NCBI GenBank assembly: GCA_001662655.1
Contig: KV460206.1
Direction: 5' to 3' (one strand)
DNA length: 64,000 bases
Origin: Pseudogymnoascus verrucosus
Taxonomy: Eukaryota
Positions 12,762 through 23,171 of this stretch are shown here, in pieces. The translations under genes were made by a program, and so were the position numbers. The stretch's first letter is position 1. The number at the start of each line of letters is the position of its first letter. Below the pieces are notes generated by a model that saw only the letters and a list, made by a program, of their open reading frames with translations, had not been told where the DNA came from and made no database searches.

Positions 12762-12944
12762 ATGTGTCAAAAGATTACGACCACCTACCAATGTGGGTGC
12801 ACAGCGGTGACCTGGGTCAAGACGTCAGGTTGCTCTGGCGATGGTGAGAAGTGTGACCGGAAGAAATCCGTCTCATTTAAGAACGATGATACCTGCGACA
12901 AGCACGGCGAGAACGGCGAAAGGTCAAAGACTAAACTCCGATAG
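12762..12944 (+). CDS. Small Cys-rich hypothetical protein, 60 aa
   Basis: ATG-initiated MCQKITTTYQCGC...C...C...CDKH. The MCx6YxCG[CH] start is a recurrent pattern in small fungal proteins. No homology check was possible. Confidence 0.45.
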   Translation: MCQKITTTYQCGCTAVTWVKTSGCSGDGEKCDRKKSVSFKNDDTCDKHGENGERSKTKLR

Positions 12945-14841
12945 GCTCATCAGAGCTGAATTATGCTGCGTCGTTGCGGCATTGTACGGCCCTTTGGGCT
13001 AGTTGATCAACCTTTGTATCTCTGGTCCGGACCACTCAACCTTTTATAAGCTTCGCTATGGGTTATAATTCTCGGCGGTGGAACAGTCTCGCATACAAGA
13101 ACGCTATCAGCATTTTTAAAGGAGTTTGGTTATGGGAAAACTGGCATCGTTTGAGTGGATATCTGTTGTTTATTTTCTGCCCACGATCAGTGGCGCAAGC
13201 ATTTCTAGGGCTGCCGCGTTGTTATGGATACTCTGTCTGTTTTGCACGACACGCCCACCATTAATTCATATAGTGCCCCATAGGGGCACATTTATTTTGG
13301 ACATTCTTTAGCAAACCCGAGTCAAATGACTCTCTTTTCACATAGAGCCAGACAGGGCAAAGTTGGATAATAAATTTGTGTTTCTGCACCCCTCCATCAT
13401 CTCCGAGCATATGGCAAGTGAGCGCTGCAACTGCCGCCTGATCCCCCACAAGCAGCACAGTACGTGCTGCTAGAGACATGGTCGCGGGTGCAACGTGCCA
13501 GTGATACGAAAGCCGTCTAACAGCGGCGACAGCCAACGTGGGCAAAAAGCTCGGTGGGGCCGGTGACTGAAATGGGAACGAAATGCAACGAGATGCAAAC
13601 GAGAGACGGGAGGGAGGGAGGGAGGCCGTACCCGCTGCACCATGCTGTACACCGGCTGAAGCCGTCTCGTGCTTGCCGGCCACAGTAGTCTCGTCGATCC
13701 CCCGTTCCCCGCAGCATTCTCCAACACAAAAAGAATTTACATTTTATTTAAATAATATTGGTCGGGGAGGAATGGGCTGCCATCCGGCCCAAATCACTTT
13801 ATGCATTCATCTTTGACGTAGCCCCTCAACCCTGCCTGGGTCGCATAAAATGTCAATCATGTGATATTTCTCATGCATAGAAAGCAGCAAAATGTGGTTG
13901 GGGGAGGTGCGCTCGTTTAAGATTCCTGCTGCAGCGTCCCGGGCGGCTATGCCGCGACGAGGCGTCCGCCATTGGGTAGGACAACACGAAGGCACATTCG
14001 AGGCATCTTTGCTTCGCGGCATTCCGAAAAATCATTTTTTACATCAGAGGTCAGAGCAACTCATGATGGCGGCGTATTCGGCCCCCAAGTTCACAGGAAC
14101 GCTGCGTCCGAGATCTGCCCACACTAGCCCGGTGGAGTCTGTTGGATGTTGGATAATGGAATGCTTTGAGGGCATTTTTCAGGTGCCGCGGTATCCAGAT
14201 CAACGCCCAATTTGCTTGGTCTGCCCAGTGGGCTCGCTAGGAGGAGTTCTGGTGGACCCGATGCTTTGGACGGCACAATTTGCTTTGATGATGTTGGTGA
14301 TAACTGGTGCAGAGGGGAGGGGTTCGACGATAGATAGTCTGCCAGATCCTTGCTTCAAGCCGGCTGAAGTTGCAGAAACGATGGGATCGAGCTCACATAA
14401 GTGCCAAATAGATAGATGATGTAGAAGTACAACGAGACAACATTCACAAAGAAATGAAGGTGACTCCGGAGCTACCCCGGCTTAGAAGGGATCTTGGAAT
14501 GCAAGGGAACATGATACTACAACGCCCCCGTAGAATCCCGTTGCCCTTGCAGTTTTTCCGTAATTCATCACATTTTGCCATTTCGCCTCGTTTGCAGCAA
14601 TCTGGGGTGTCGGTAATTATCAGATAGGAAATCGAATCTCGAGGCGCCCAACTATCACCTTGATGGCGGCTAGAACCCTGCTGGCGGCGGCCCTATCAGC
14701 GGCCCTGCGTCTCCGGAGGCGCACCTTGGTATATTTCACGTGACCATATACCCACTCTAAAGCAGCGATAGGAACATTTCACACTGACGCTTCCAACAAC
14801 ATAACTCCACAACAAGGTGATGACAATTGTCAAGCTACCAG

Positions 14842-16083
14842 ATGTCCATTGATCTCAACTGGGAAACCGTCACATCTGGCCCTGACGGAATTGCCTTGGC
14901 GGAGACGATCCGCACGTTCATACATGACAGATTCCAGACAGTGACGTTACCCCGGTTCATTAAGTCGGTCAAGGTCCACACATTTGAATTCGGGTCGGTG
15001 GCCCCGGAGATAGAGCTCAAGGACATCTGTGACCCATTGGCGGATTTCTACGAGGAAAATGACGAGGAGTCCGCCTCTGATGAGGAGGCGGGAGGTGATG
15101 ATGTAGGATGGAAGCCACCCACCACCACCCCTGAAGCCCGCACTCTTAGGGAGAGACGGCGAACCGACAGAGAGGCGCGTTCCAGCCGACCGCCTCATGA
15201 CAGGAACTCTGCCCTTTACGCTGACACACGGTTTACTGGGAGTCGAGGTCTGCAACCTTCAGAGCAGGGAAATTCATTCTTCGGCCCACACACCCCCGGC
15301 ATATCAGGAGGTACTTCAAATCTTAACTACTTTCATTCCCATCTTGCTTCTGGCCTCTCGGGGACTCAGACCCCTCTTGCAGCGGTGGCGGGGGCACACC
15401 TTCCTCATGGCTGGCCGGATCGCAGCGCCCAATTAGGAAATCGCAGAATCAGCCACCGTCACTCTGCAAGTGGCAGTTCCATGGCCCCCTCCATCGGGGA
15501 TGCTGCCCAACAGGCCTTGGAGCGGGGGAGCGTGTCGACATTCTCGCCACCTGGCACACGTCCTCCCACGCAGGATGGTCTGCTGAACGAAGCCATCGAC
15601 GACGAGCCAACCTCACCGCCCCGTCGTTTCAAGGAGCCCCGTGTCGAAGACCTGCAGACCGTCTTCCGCGTCCGTTACTCCGGCGACATCAGGCTGTCAC
15701 TCACTGCGGAGATCCTGTTGGACTATCCCATGCCCAGTTTTGTCGGAATCCCTCTGAAACTCAACATTACCGGGCTCTCATTCGATGGCGTGGCAGTGCT
15801 GGCATACATTAGGAAGAAGGCCCACTTTTGTTTTTTGTCACACGAAGATGCGCTGAATGCCATTGGGCCCGAAGATTTGGATGACCCTGCGGGCACCCCC
15901 AACGGTCTCAAGATGGGGGGACTCCTACAGGAAATCAAGGTCGAGAGTGAGATCGGCCAGCGGGAGAACGGAAAGCAGGTTCTGAAGAATGTGGGCAAGG
16001 TCGAGAAGTTTGTCTTGGAACAGGTCAGGCGCATCTTTGAGGATGAATTTGTATACCCCAGCTTCTGGACCTTTCTGGTCTGA
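14842..16083 (+). CDS. MDM12: Mitochondrial distribution and morphology protein 12 (ERMES SMP-domain subunit)
   Basis: Starts MSIDLNWE; contains [19 protein letters not shown] and [17 protein letters not shown]; ends [11 protein letters not shown]. Confidence 0.95.
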   Translation: MSIDLNWETVTSGPDGIALAETIRTFIHDRFQTVTLPRFIKSVKVHTFEFGSVAPEIELKDICDPLADFYEENDEESASDEEAGGDDVGWKPPTTTPEARTLRERRRTDREARSSRPPHDRNSALYADTRFTGSRGLQPSEQGNSFFGPHTPGISGGTSNLNYFHSHLASGLSGTQTPLAAVAGAHLPHGWPDRSAQLGNRRISHRHSASGSSMAPSIGDAAQQALERGSVSTFSPPGTRPPTQDGLLNEAIDDEPTSPPRRFKEPRVEDLQTVFRVRYSGDIRLSLTAEILLDYPMPSFVGIPLKLNITGLSFDGVAVLAYIRKKAHFCFLSHEDALNAIGPEDLDDPAGTPNGLKMGGLLQEIKVESEIGQRENGKQVLKNVGKVEKFVLEQVRRIFEDEFVYPSFWTFLV

Positions 16084-16302
16084 TGGAGGGGAACCTAGTG
16101 GCTGCGGACGGCTATGTACGTCCCGAGCCCTGTTGCGGGCCATGATAGGCGGCCTAGTGTGATGCAATTCCCAGCAAATACTTCCTGGTTATACTACCCA
16201 GGCGAGTCCCAGGCATTCCCAGGTCATTCCCAGCGCCACGCTATGCAGAATACCAATATATAAATGAGCTGCACAGTGTCTGTTGTCCGTCACACATTTC
16301 GG

Positions 16303-17119
16303 TCAGTTCAGCGTCGACTTGAATCCCTGATACGCTGCGTTCATGTCCAGCTCCAACTCCCTGGCGTGATCCTCGCTCAGTTCCTCTGTCGCCTTCATCT
16401 GGTTGAGGGAAATGAGCCACTGCACAATCTTGCCCCTCCCCTCAAAGTCTCTGTCTGTAACTTTGTTGACCGACTGTATTACGTCCGAGAGCAGCGGGTG
16501 GAGCTGATCTTTCGCGAGCAGCCCCAGCTTGAGTGCGTCCAAGAATGTGATGAAATCCTGCGTCGCTTCCAGGATCAGACTTCCATTGGCCCCGGTATTC
16601 CCACTTGTCGCTGCATGAGTCGGTGCCGTTACCGTGGATGGGAGGCCGATTCGTATTCTCTCTGTAGCCCGAGGTACCTCCATCTAGAAGAATCAGCCGA
16701 ATGCTCAGACCTTTGTCTCTTTGAAGTCGCAATACATACATCCCACTCGTACTTGAAGGTCTCAAGGTCAACGAATTCCTTGGCCACGGTCTCGTCCGTC
16801 AGGATCGCCTTGTACTGCTTCAGTAGCCTGTCGCATATCTCCGTGTAGTCCGCCTCGGGGATCGCATCCTTGAGATACGCCTTCTCGAGCTCGTCGAGCG
16901 TGATAATAATGCTGAAGACTTCTGCCAGCGAGTCCTGCAGGTCTCTCTCAGCGCGCGTGGTCGCAAGTTTAATTTCCTGGTGCGCAAGTTAGCTTGTTGG
17001 CTCTCGTTAATTGGGGGGGGGGGCGCCCTTACTTCGTCGAGGTTCACAGTGGCAGAAAGAGCTGTATTTGGAATATAGCTGTGCGGAGTCGGCGCATACG
17101 CCTGCTTATTCGGATACAT
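16303..17119 (-). CDS. VPS28: ESCRT-I subunit Vps28; exons 17119-17033, 16976-16740, 16683-16303
   Basis: Spliced ...NLDEEIKL...SLAEVFSIIITLDELEKAYLKD... and ATQDFITFLDALKL, DQLHPLL; canonical introns. Confidence 0.93.
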
Positions 17120-17392
17120 GACAGTATATTCGCAGTAGATTATTAAAGAAGCTCAAACTCAAAGTATTCCACTCTCACATCCCTCGTTCGTGAAGCCAAA
17201 GGCACCCATGGGCCAGAGCGACCGTCCGGGCGGTCTGTGATTCTGCCGTCGGCGCTAGCCTGATCTAGCTTGATTAGCGTCGCGATAAATAATTCCCCAT
17301 AACAATTTTCTGCAAAGGCTGCGATTGAGCCCTGCTGCCAGGAACGCAAAACCTCGAACAAACCGCAATTCTCTCTTCCCCCAACCACAACA

Positions 17393-19675
17393 ATGGCGAA
17401 GACGAGCAAGAAAGCAACTCGTAAGTTCGAGAAGAACCACTTGAAGGACTCGCTTGAGCGCCGCAAGGTGGGCGCGAAGATCAAGCAGAAGGTGCAGATC
17501 AAAGAGAAGAGGGCATTGAGGAATGCAAAGGATGCTGAGTTCTTAGGAAAAGGCAAGGCGGAGGATGGAGAGGAGGGTGCGCCTGAGCCTAAGGCCGATC
17601 CTTTTGGTCAGATGAGCGTCGATGATTTCTTTGCTGGGGGTTTCGAGGTCCCGGAGAAATTGGCAAAGAAGAATGCGAAGAAGGCACTCGGAAAGAGGAA
17701 GCGCTCTGAGCCGGAGGCAGAGAAGGAGGATGAGGGCGACTCCTCTGATGCTTCGTATGAGGAGGCACCTGTGGCTAGCGATGATGAGGGTAGTGAGGAC
17801 GAGGATGAGGATATGGGAATGAGCAAGGAGGCTATGGAGGCACTGGCTGAGAAGGATCCGGAATTCTACAAATACCTCAAGGAGAATGACCCCGAGACAC
17901 TCGATTTCGACGAGGATGCCGACCTAGCTGAGGTCGATGGCCTTAGCGGCAGCGAGGAGGAGGAAGAGAGGCCTAAGAAGAAGTCGAAAAAGAGCAAGAA
18001 GGCCAAGGCTGAGGAGATGGAGGTGGACGAGGAGTCCGAGGAGGAGATGCTCGACGAGACTGAAGTCACAAAGGAGATGGTCGCCAAGTGGAAGAAGGCA
18101 ATGTCTGAGCAGCACTCGTTACGAGCAATGCGACAGGTTGTCCTGGCTTTCAGAGCTGCCGCACACGTCAATGAGGATGAGGGCAAGGACTACAAATACA
18201 CGATTACGAATCCCGAGGTCTACCACCAACTTCTCGTCGTCACTCTCCAGCTCGTCCCCGAGGTCCTGCAGCACCACCTCCCCGTGAAGGAGAGCGCCGC
18301 TGGCAAGATCCGCGTCTCCACCGACTCGAAGAAATTCAAGACCCTCACGCCGCTACTCAAGTCTCACACGACCTCCGTGCAGCACCTGCTCACCACCCTC
18401 TCCGACGAGGCAACCCTCAAGCTGACCCTCTCGACCATCAACCCCCTCCTCCCCTACCTCCTCCCCTTCAAGAAGGTGCTCAAGGGCATCGTCAAGACCG
18501 TCGTCGACATCTGGTCCGACGCCTCCAGCAGCGAAGCAACTCGCATCACCGCCTTCCTCGTCGTGCGCCGCCTCGCCGTAATCGGCGACGCCGGTCTCCG
18601 CGAAGCCGTCCTCAAGACCGTCTACCAAGGCCTCGTCAAGGGCGCGCGCAACACGACCATCCACACGATCCAAGGCATAAACCTGATGAAGAACTCCGCC
18701 GCCGAGCTGTGGGGTCTCGATCCCACCATCGGCTACACGACGGGCTTCACATTCATCCGTCAGCTCGCCATCCATCTCCGCAGCAGCATCACCAATAACG
18801 CAAAGGAATCCTACAAAACGATCTACAACTGGCAGTACATCCACTCCCTGGATTTCTGGTCCTGCGTCCTCGCCGAGCACTGCTCCCCCCTCAAGGAAGC
18901 CGCGCGCGGCAAGGAATCCCAACTCCGCGCCCTGATCTACCCCGCCGTCCAGGTCACGCTGGGAGCAATGCGTCTCATCCCCACCGCGACGTACTTCCCC
19001 CTTCGCTTCCACCTCGTGCGGTCGCTCCTGCGACTGTCCCGCGCGACAGGGACGTACATCCCACTCGCGCCGCTGCTGCTGGAGGTCCTCTCCGCGGCGG
19101 AGATGAAGAAGCACGCCAAGCCTAGCACGCAGCGCCCGCTTGACTTCTCGGTCGCGTATAAGGCGCCTAAAGTCTACCTGCGGACGCGCGTCTACCAGGA
19201 TGGCGTTGGGGAGCAAGTCGTTGAATTACTGGGGGAGTTCTTCGTGCTGTGGTCTACGAGCGTTGCGGCGCCGGAGCTGGGGCTGCCGGTGATTGTGATG
19301 CTGAAGCGGTGGTTGAAGGAGGCTGGTGCGAAGACGGGGAACCGGAACGGGAAGGTTAATGCGGCGCTTGGGATCTTGGTGCAGAAGATCGAGGCGAATG
19401 GACGGTGGGTGGAGGAGAGGAGGGTGAAGGTTGAGTTTGCGCCGGGGAATAGGGCGGGGGTGGAGGGGTTCCTGAAGGGGTTCGAGTGGGAGAAGACGCC
19501 GTTGGGGGCGTATGTTGTGGGGCAGAGGAAGCAGAGGGAAGAGAAGGCGAGGGTGTTGGAGGCGGGGAGGAGGGAGGAGGATAAGAAGGGGAAGGGGAAG
19601 AGGGGGAGGGGGGAGGATGTGCAGATGGATGATGTGGTTGAGTCGTCCGATGAGGGGGAGGAGGATGATGAGTAG
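17393..19675 (+). CDS. NOC2: Nucleolar complex protein 2
   Basis: KKATRKFEKNHL start, LAEKDPEFYKYLKEND, INLMKNSAAELW, FIRQLAIHLR, YNWQYIHSLDFWS. Confidence 0.96.
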   Translation: MAKTSKKATRKFEKNHLKDSLERRKVGAKIKQKVQIKEKRALRNAKDAEFLGKGKAEDGEEGAPEPKADPFGQMSVDDFFAGGFEVPEKLAKKNAKKALGKRKRSEPEAEKEDEGDSSDASYEEAPVASDDEGSEDEDEDMGMSKEAMEALAEKDPEFYKYLKENDPETLDFDEDADLAEVDGLSGSEEEEERPKKKSKKSKKAKAEEMEVDEESEEEMLDETEVTKEMVAKWKKAMSEQHSLRAMRQVVLAFRAAAHVNEDEGKDYKYTITNPEVYHQLLVVTLQLVPEVLQHHLPVKESAAGKIRVSTDSKKFKTLTPLLKSHTTSVQHLLTTLSDEATLKLTLSTINPLLPYLLPFKKVLKGIVKTVVDIWSDASSSEATRITAFLVVRRLAVIGDAGLREAVLKTVYQGLVKGARNTTIHTIQGINLMKNSAAELWGLDPTIGYTTGFTFIRQLAIHLRSSITNNAKESYKTIYNWQYIHSLDFWSCVLAEHCSPLKEAARGKESQLRALIYPAVQVTLGAMRLIPTATYFPLRFHLVRSLLRLSRATGTYIPLAPLLLEVLSAAEMKKHAKPSTQRPLDFSVAYKAPKVYLRTRVYQDGVGEQVVELLGEFFVLWSTSVAAPELGLPVIVMLKRWLKEAGAKTGNRNGKVNAALGILVQKIEANGRWVEERRVKVEFAPGNRAGVEGFLKGFEWEKTPLGAYVVGQRKQREEKARVLEAGRREEDKKGKGKRGRGEDVQMDDVVESSDEGEEDDE

Positions 19676-19799
19676 AGTAAGGGGGGGAGATAGAATATTG
19701 TGTTATAACGGGTACTGTGATGCAAAACGGGCATCTAAAATTCATCCATCAGGCGTTCTGGACGGGCTGTTCCTGCAATCCAAAACAAAATTTACGTTG

Positions 19800-20410
19800 A
19801 GACTTGGCGTTCGTCTTCTTTGAAATGATGTCTCATCCGGCCAGTCGTCTTTCCAAAATAGAAGGAAAGATAAGCTTCAAATCAGAGATCACGCAGACCT
19901 CACAACCTTCCCATCCGTAACCCCCTCCAGACTTGGCATCCGCCTCCTTTAAAATAACTGTCTCATCCAGCCAGCCGGCCACACATCTAGACCTCCCCAA
20001 CGGCCATCTCACTCATTCCAAAATAGAAAGAAAAGAACATAAGCTTCAAATGAGAGATCACGCAGACCTCACAACCTTACCATCCGTAACTCCCTCCAGA
20101 CTTGGCATCCGCCTCCTTTTGAAATGACTGTCTCACCCATCTAGACTCCCAACGGCCAAGTCTTTCCAAAATAGAAAAGAAGATAAGCTCAAGATCAGAG
20201 ATCACGCAGACATCACAACCTTACCTCTCCTACCCCCTTACCCTCTCCTCCAGACTTGGCATCCATCCATCTGTCTCCTCTGAAATGACTGTCTCATCCA
20301 TCTAGGCTCCCAACGGCCAGTCTTCCAAAATAGAAGGAAATATAAGCTTCAAATCATAGATCACGCAGACACTCACAACCTTACCTCCCCCGGCCTTACC
20401 CTTCCTTCTC
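19800..20410. repeat. Tandem array of about 4 units of 150-165 bp downstream of NOC2
   Basis: Anchor TCCAAAATAGAA...AGATCACGCAGAC.TCACAACCTT at 19852, 20017, 20165 and 20324. AGACTTGGC(A/G)T..TGAAATGA..GTCTCA also recurs. Confidence 0.93.
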
Positions 20411-22811
20411 CGTCCAGGCACCGCACCGCACGACCCGTCGATACCCACTCCCCGCATTTCCCCGTCTTAGCGCATAGATCCCCAAGATCTCGAAATTTCA
20501 CATGCCACTTTCGCCTTTTCCCCAGCGCACTTACCGCAGGGCACACAGCACTCGACTCCCTCCCTCCGCAGTCCAGTAGAGTAAAGGTGCAGTGCGTCGT
20601 TTCACCCCACCGATAAATTCCACAATGACGTGCAACCCCCTCCACCTCATCCTCGTCCTCGTCCTCGTCCTCGTCCTCTACAAAGACCTCACACAAAACC
20701 GCATATTCACAAGGCAACCCGCCTCTGCCCGCCCTCCGTCCCTCTTGGCAACGAAAACCACAATAACGCTCTTCCGTCGATCTCCCATTCCCAACGGCCA
20801 CGACAACTTCGCCCAGATACCAGAGGTCTCGCGCAACCCCCCGCCAAGCCCCTTTCTTACCCCCATGCTTGCCCCCCACCCACCTCACCTCACCTGGCTC
20901 AGGCACATCGCACAAGCCAAGGCAGCTAAGCACGCACGCACCCTACTGCATAACTCGCCTCCCCTCCCCCTCCCCTCCCATAGTAGTAATCTTAGTAGCA
21001 GGTACTGTAGTAGTGTTTGTAGTGGTAGTAGTGGGAATAAATCGACTTGTCTCGGGCACCGCACCACAGCGCCCCGGAGACGCGCCAAGAGGGGGCACGA
21101 AAGTCGGGAGGCCTCAGCTGATGCGAGGGGGCTTGCTTGGCGGTGGGATAAGGTGTTTGGATTTTGGCTAGATGGAGGCTGGTCGGCCGGGGCCCGAGAC
21201 GGGGGGTGGTGGTGCGTGCTGTGCTGTGTGTGCTGGGGATGGGATGGGGGAGGGCGGGTAGGGGCGGGGCGGGGGACCGAGGGGGGGATGGGGGGGAAGA
21301 GACTTTGCAGTGTCTTCTTCTTCTTTCTTCGGTGGGCATGCATGTGGAGAACTGTCAAGGGAATTGTACTACTGGTGTTAGTGAGGGTTTGAGGATCTCG
21401 GAAGCCTGTGAAGTCGTCGTCTTCTCGTTCTGCTTCCGGGATATTCTCGAGTTATGCGGCGGCGGTAGGGTGGTGTGGTGTGTATATGTGGCCAATGAAG
21501 GGGATCGGGTATTTGTGAGTTGTGAGTTTCGAGATGGGTGTGTGATGGGTGTGAGAGTTTCGAAGAGATGGAGGGGCTAGTAGGAGGGTAGGAGGGTAGA
21601 GGGGGCGGTTTAGAAGCCGTGGGGGGGATATGAGAGGCTGTGGGGAGATGGACGGCGGATGTGAAAAGGATATTTGTTCATCATGTGCCGAGGGACACAG
21701 ACCGAACACAGGTAGGTACAACGTAAAAGTATGTAAAAGTATGTAAAAGTATGTGTGTGCACCTGTGAAATGTTGTACCCGTGTGTGTTCCTGTGGTGTG
21801 TACCTTCGTACCTCCATTCCTGCCCTATCCTGATTCGCGACGACTGACAAACAGCGACCACCGCCCGCCGCCCGCCCGCCGACCAACAACACCAACAACC
21901 ACTAACAAAAATTGTCAAAGTGAGAGAATCGTCATGTAAGTTATGGGGTATATACGGAGAGTATGGGTGTGGTTTTCTATATAGGTAGGTTCCCCCCCAT
22001 CTTCCTTCAACTCCCCAAAGTCTTCCTTCTTCTTCATCATCATCTTCATCTCTACTCTCCACTCTACACTCTTATCTCCATCATCACCGTCACCCGTCAC
22101 CACCATCACACACAAAACAAACCTGCCGACCTCGCCGCTCAACAATCCATCGACCAATTCAAAACACGTAAGCCGGCCCACACCAATCACACCCGCCCTC
22201 ACATTACATTCCGCAATCCAGTCGCCCTCACCCTCATCACCACCTTATCCATCCTGCCTGTTGTTGGTGGCTTGACCCCTCCCTCGCCCCTCATCCCTCC
22301 ACGTGGGCCCTCTCCACGTCTCATCTCCCATCGCCGACCGCAAACAACACCCAAGAGAAAAAACAACATCGAAGAGAGATAACACCGAGACATACCAAGC
22401 CTCCCATCAATTGGCCGCGAAAGTAGATCTCACCGATTTATAACACACCGACCGACCGGGCTACTCTCCCCGCGCTTCCGCCGAGACAAACAAGGTCAGA
22501 CGCGCCGCGTGTAAGGTGCTGACACGAGAGAGGGAGAGAGCTTCGATTGCTTTCTAGAGCTAGGAGGATTATTTATATTGCCTGTTCTCCCCCCCGAGAC
22601 TACGGTTTGTAAAAAGACATCTCTCTTCACACTTCACATCTCTACTTCGACCCTTCTCTACTACTCTACTTCGAACTCCGAACTCCGATCAAACGAATCT
22701 ATACCCAACCTACCTACCTACCTTCAACCTCCAACCTACCTACCTCCAACCTCAACCTACCTTCAACCTACACCCTCACCACTCAACCCACACTCACAAC
22801 CACCCTCCAAA

Positions 22812-23171
22812 ATGTCCACCAAACACCACTACCCCCTCGCCCCCCGCACCCTCCGCATCCCCCCCCCCTTCACCTTCCTCTCCCTCGCCCCCACAACCAG
22901 CGTCACCACCCCCCCCGCCCTCCCCGCCCCACACACCTTTCTCTCCCTCTCCCCCACCACCACTCCCGCCTCCTCGCCCTTCATCCCCGCTTCAGCACGG
23001 GGTGTCTCGATAATCCCCCTCCTGCCGGTGGAGGTCGCGGTCGGGATGCCGGCGCCGGTGGAGCATAGACGGAGTAGCTCGGTTGTGAGTTTGGGTGTTG
23101 GGGGGAGGTTTTTGAGGTTGGGTCATGTGGGGGGAGGGGGGGAGGAGGGGGATTGGAGTGCTGTTGAGTGA
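22812..23171 (+). CDS. Small Pro/Thr-rich hypothetical protein, 119 aa
   Basis: Good Kozak context (CCAAAATGT), preceded by a CT/CA-rich leader. It has an internal FLSL repeat and a C-terminal RRSSS...RFLRLG...GDWS segment resembling small conserved fungal proteins. Confidence 0.65.
   Translation: MSTKHHYPLAPRTLRIPPPFTFLSLAPTTSVTTPPALPAPHTFLSLSPTTTPASSPFIPASARGVSIIPLLPVEVAVGMPAPVEHRRSSSVVSLGVGGRFLRLGHVGGGGEEGDWSAVE

Noticed and set aside
13807..14419. 175-aa ORF and opposite-strand interrupted frame
   Set aside because: No recognisable domain or splice support.
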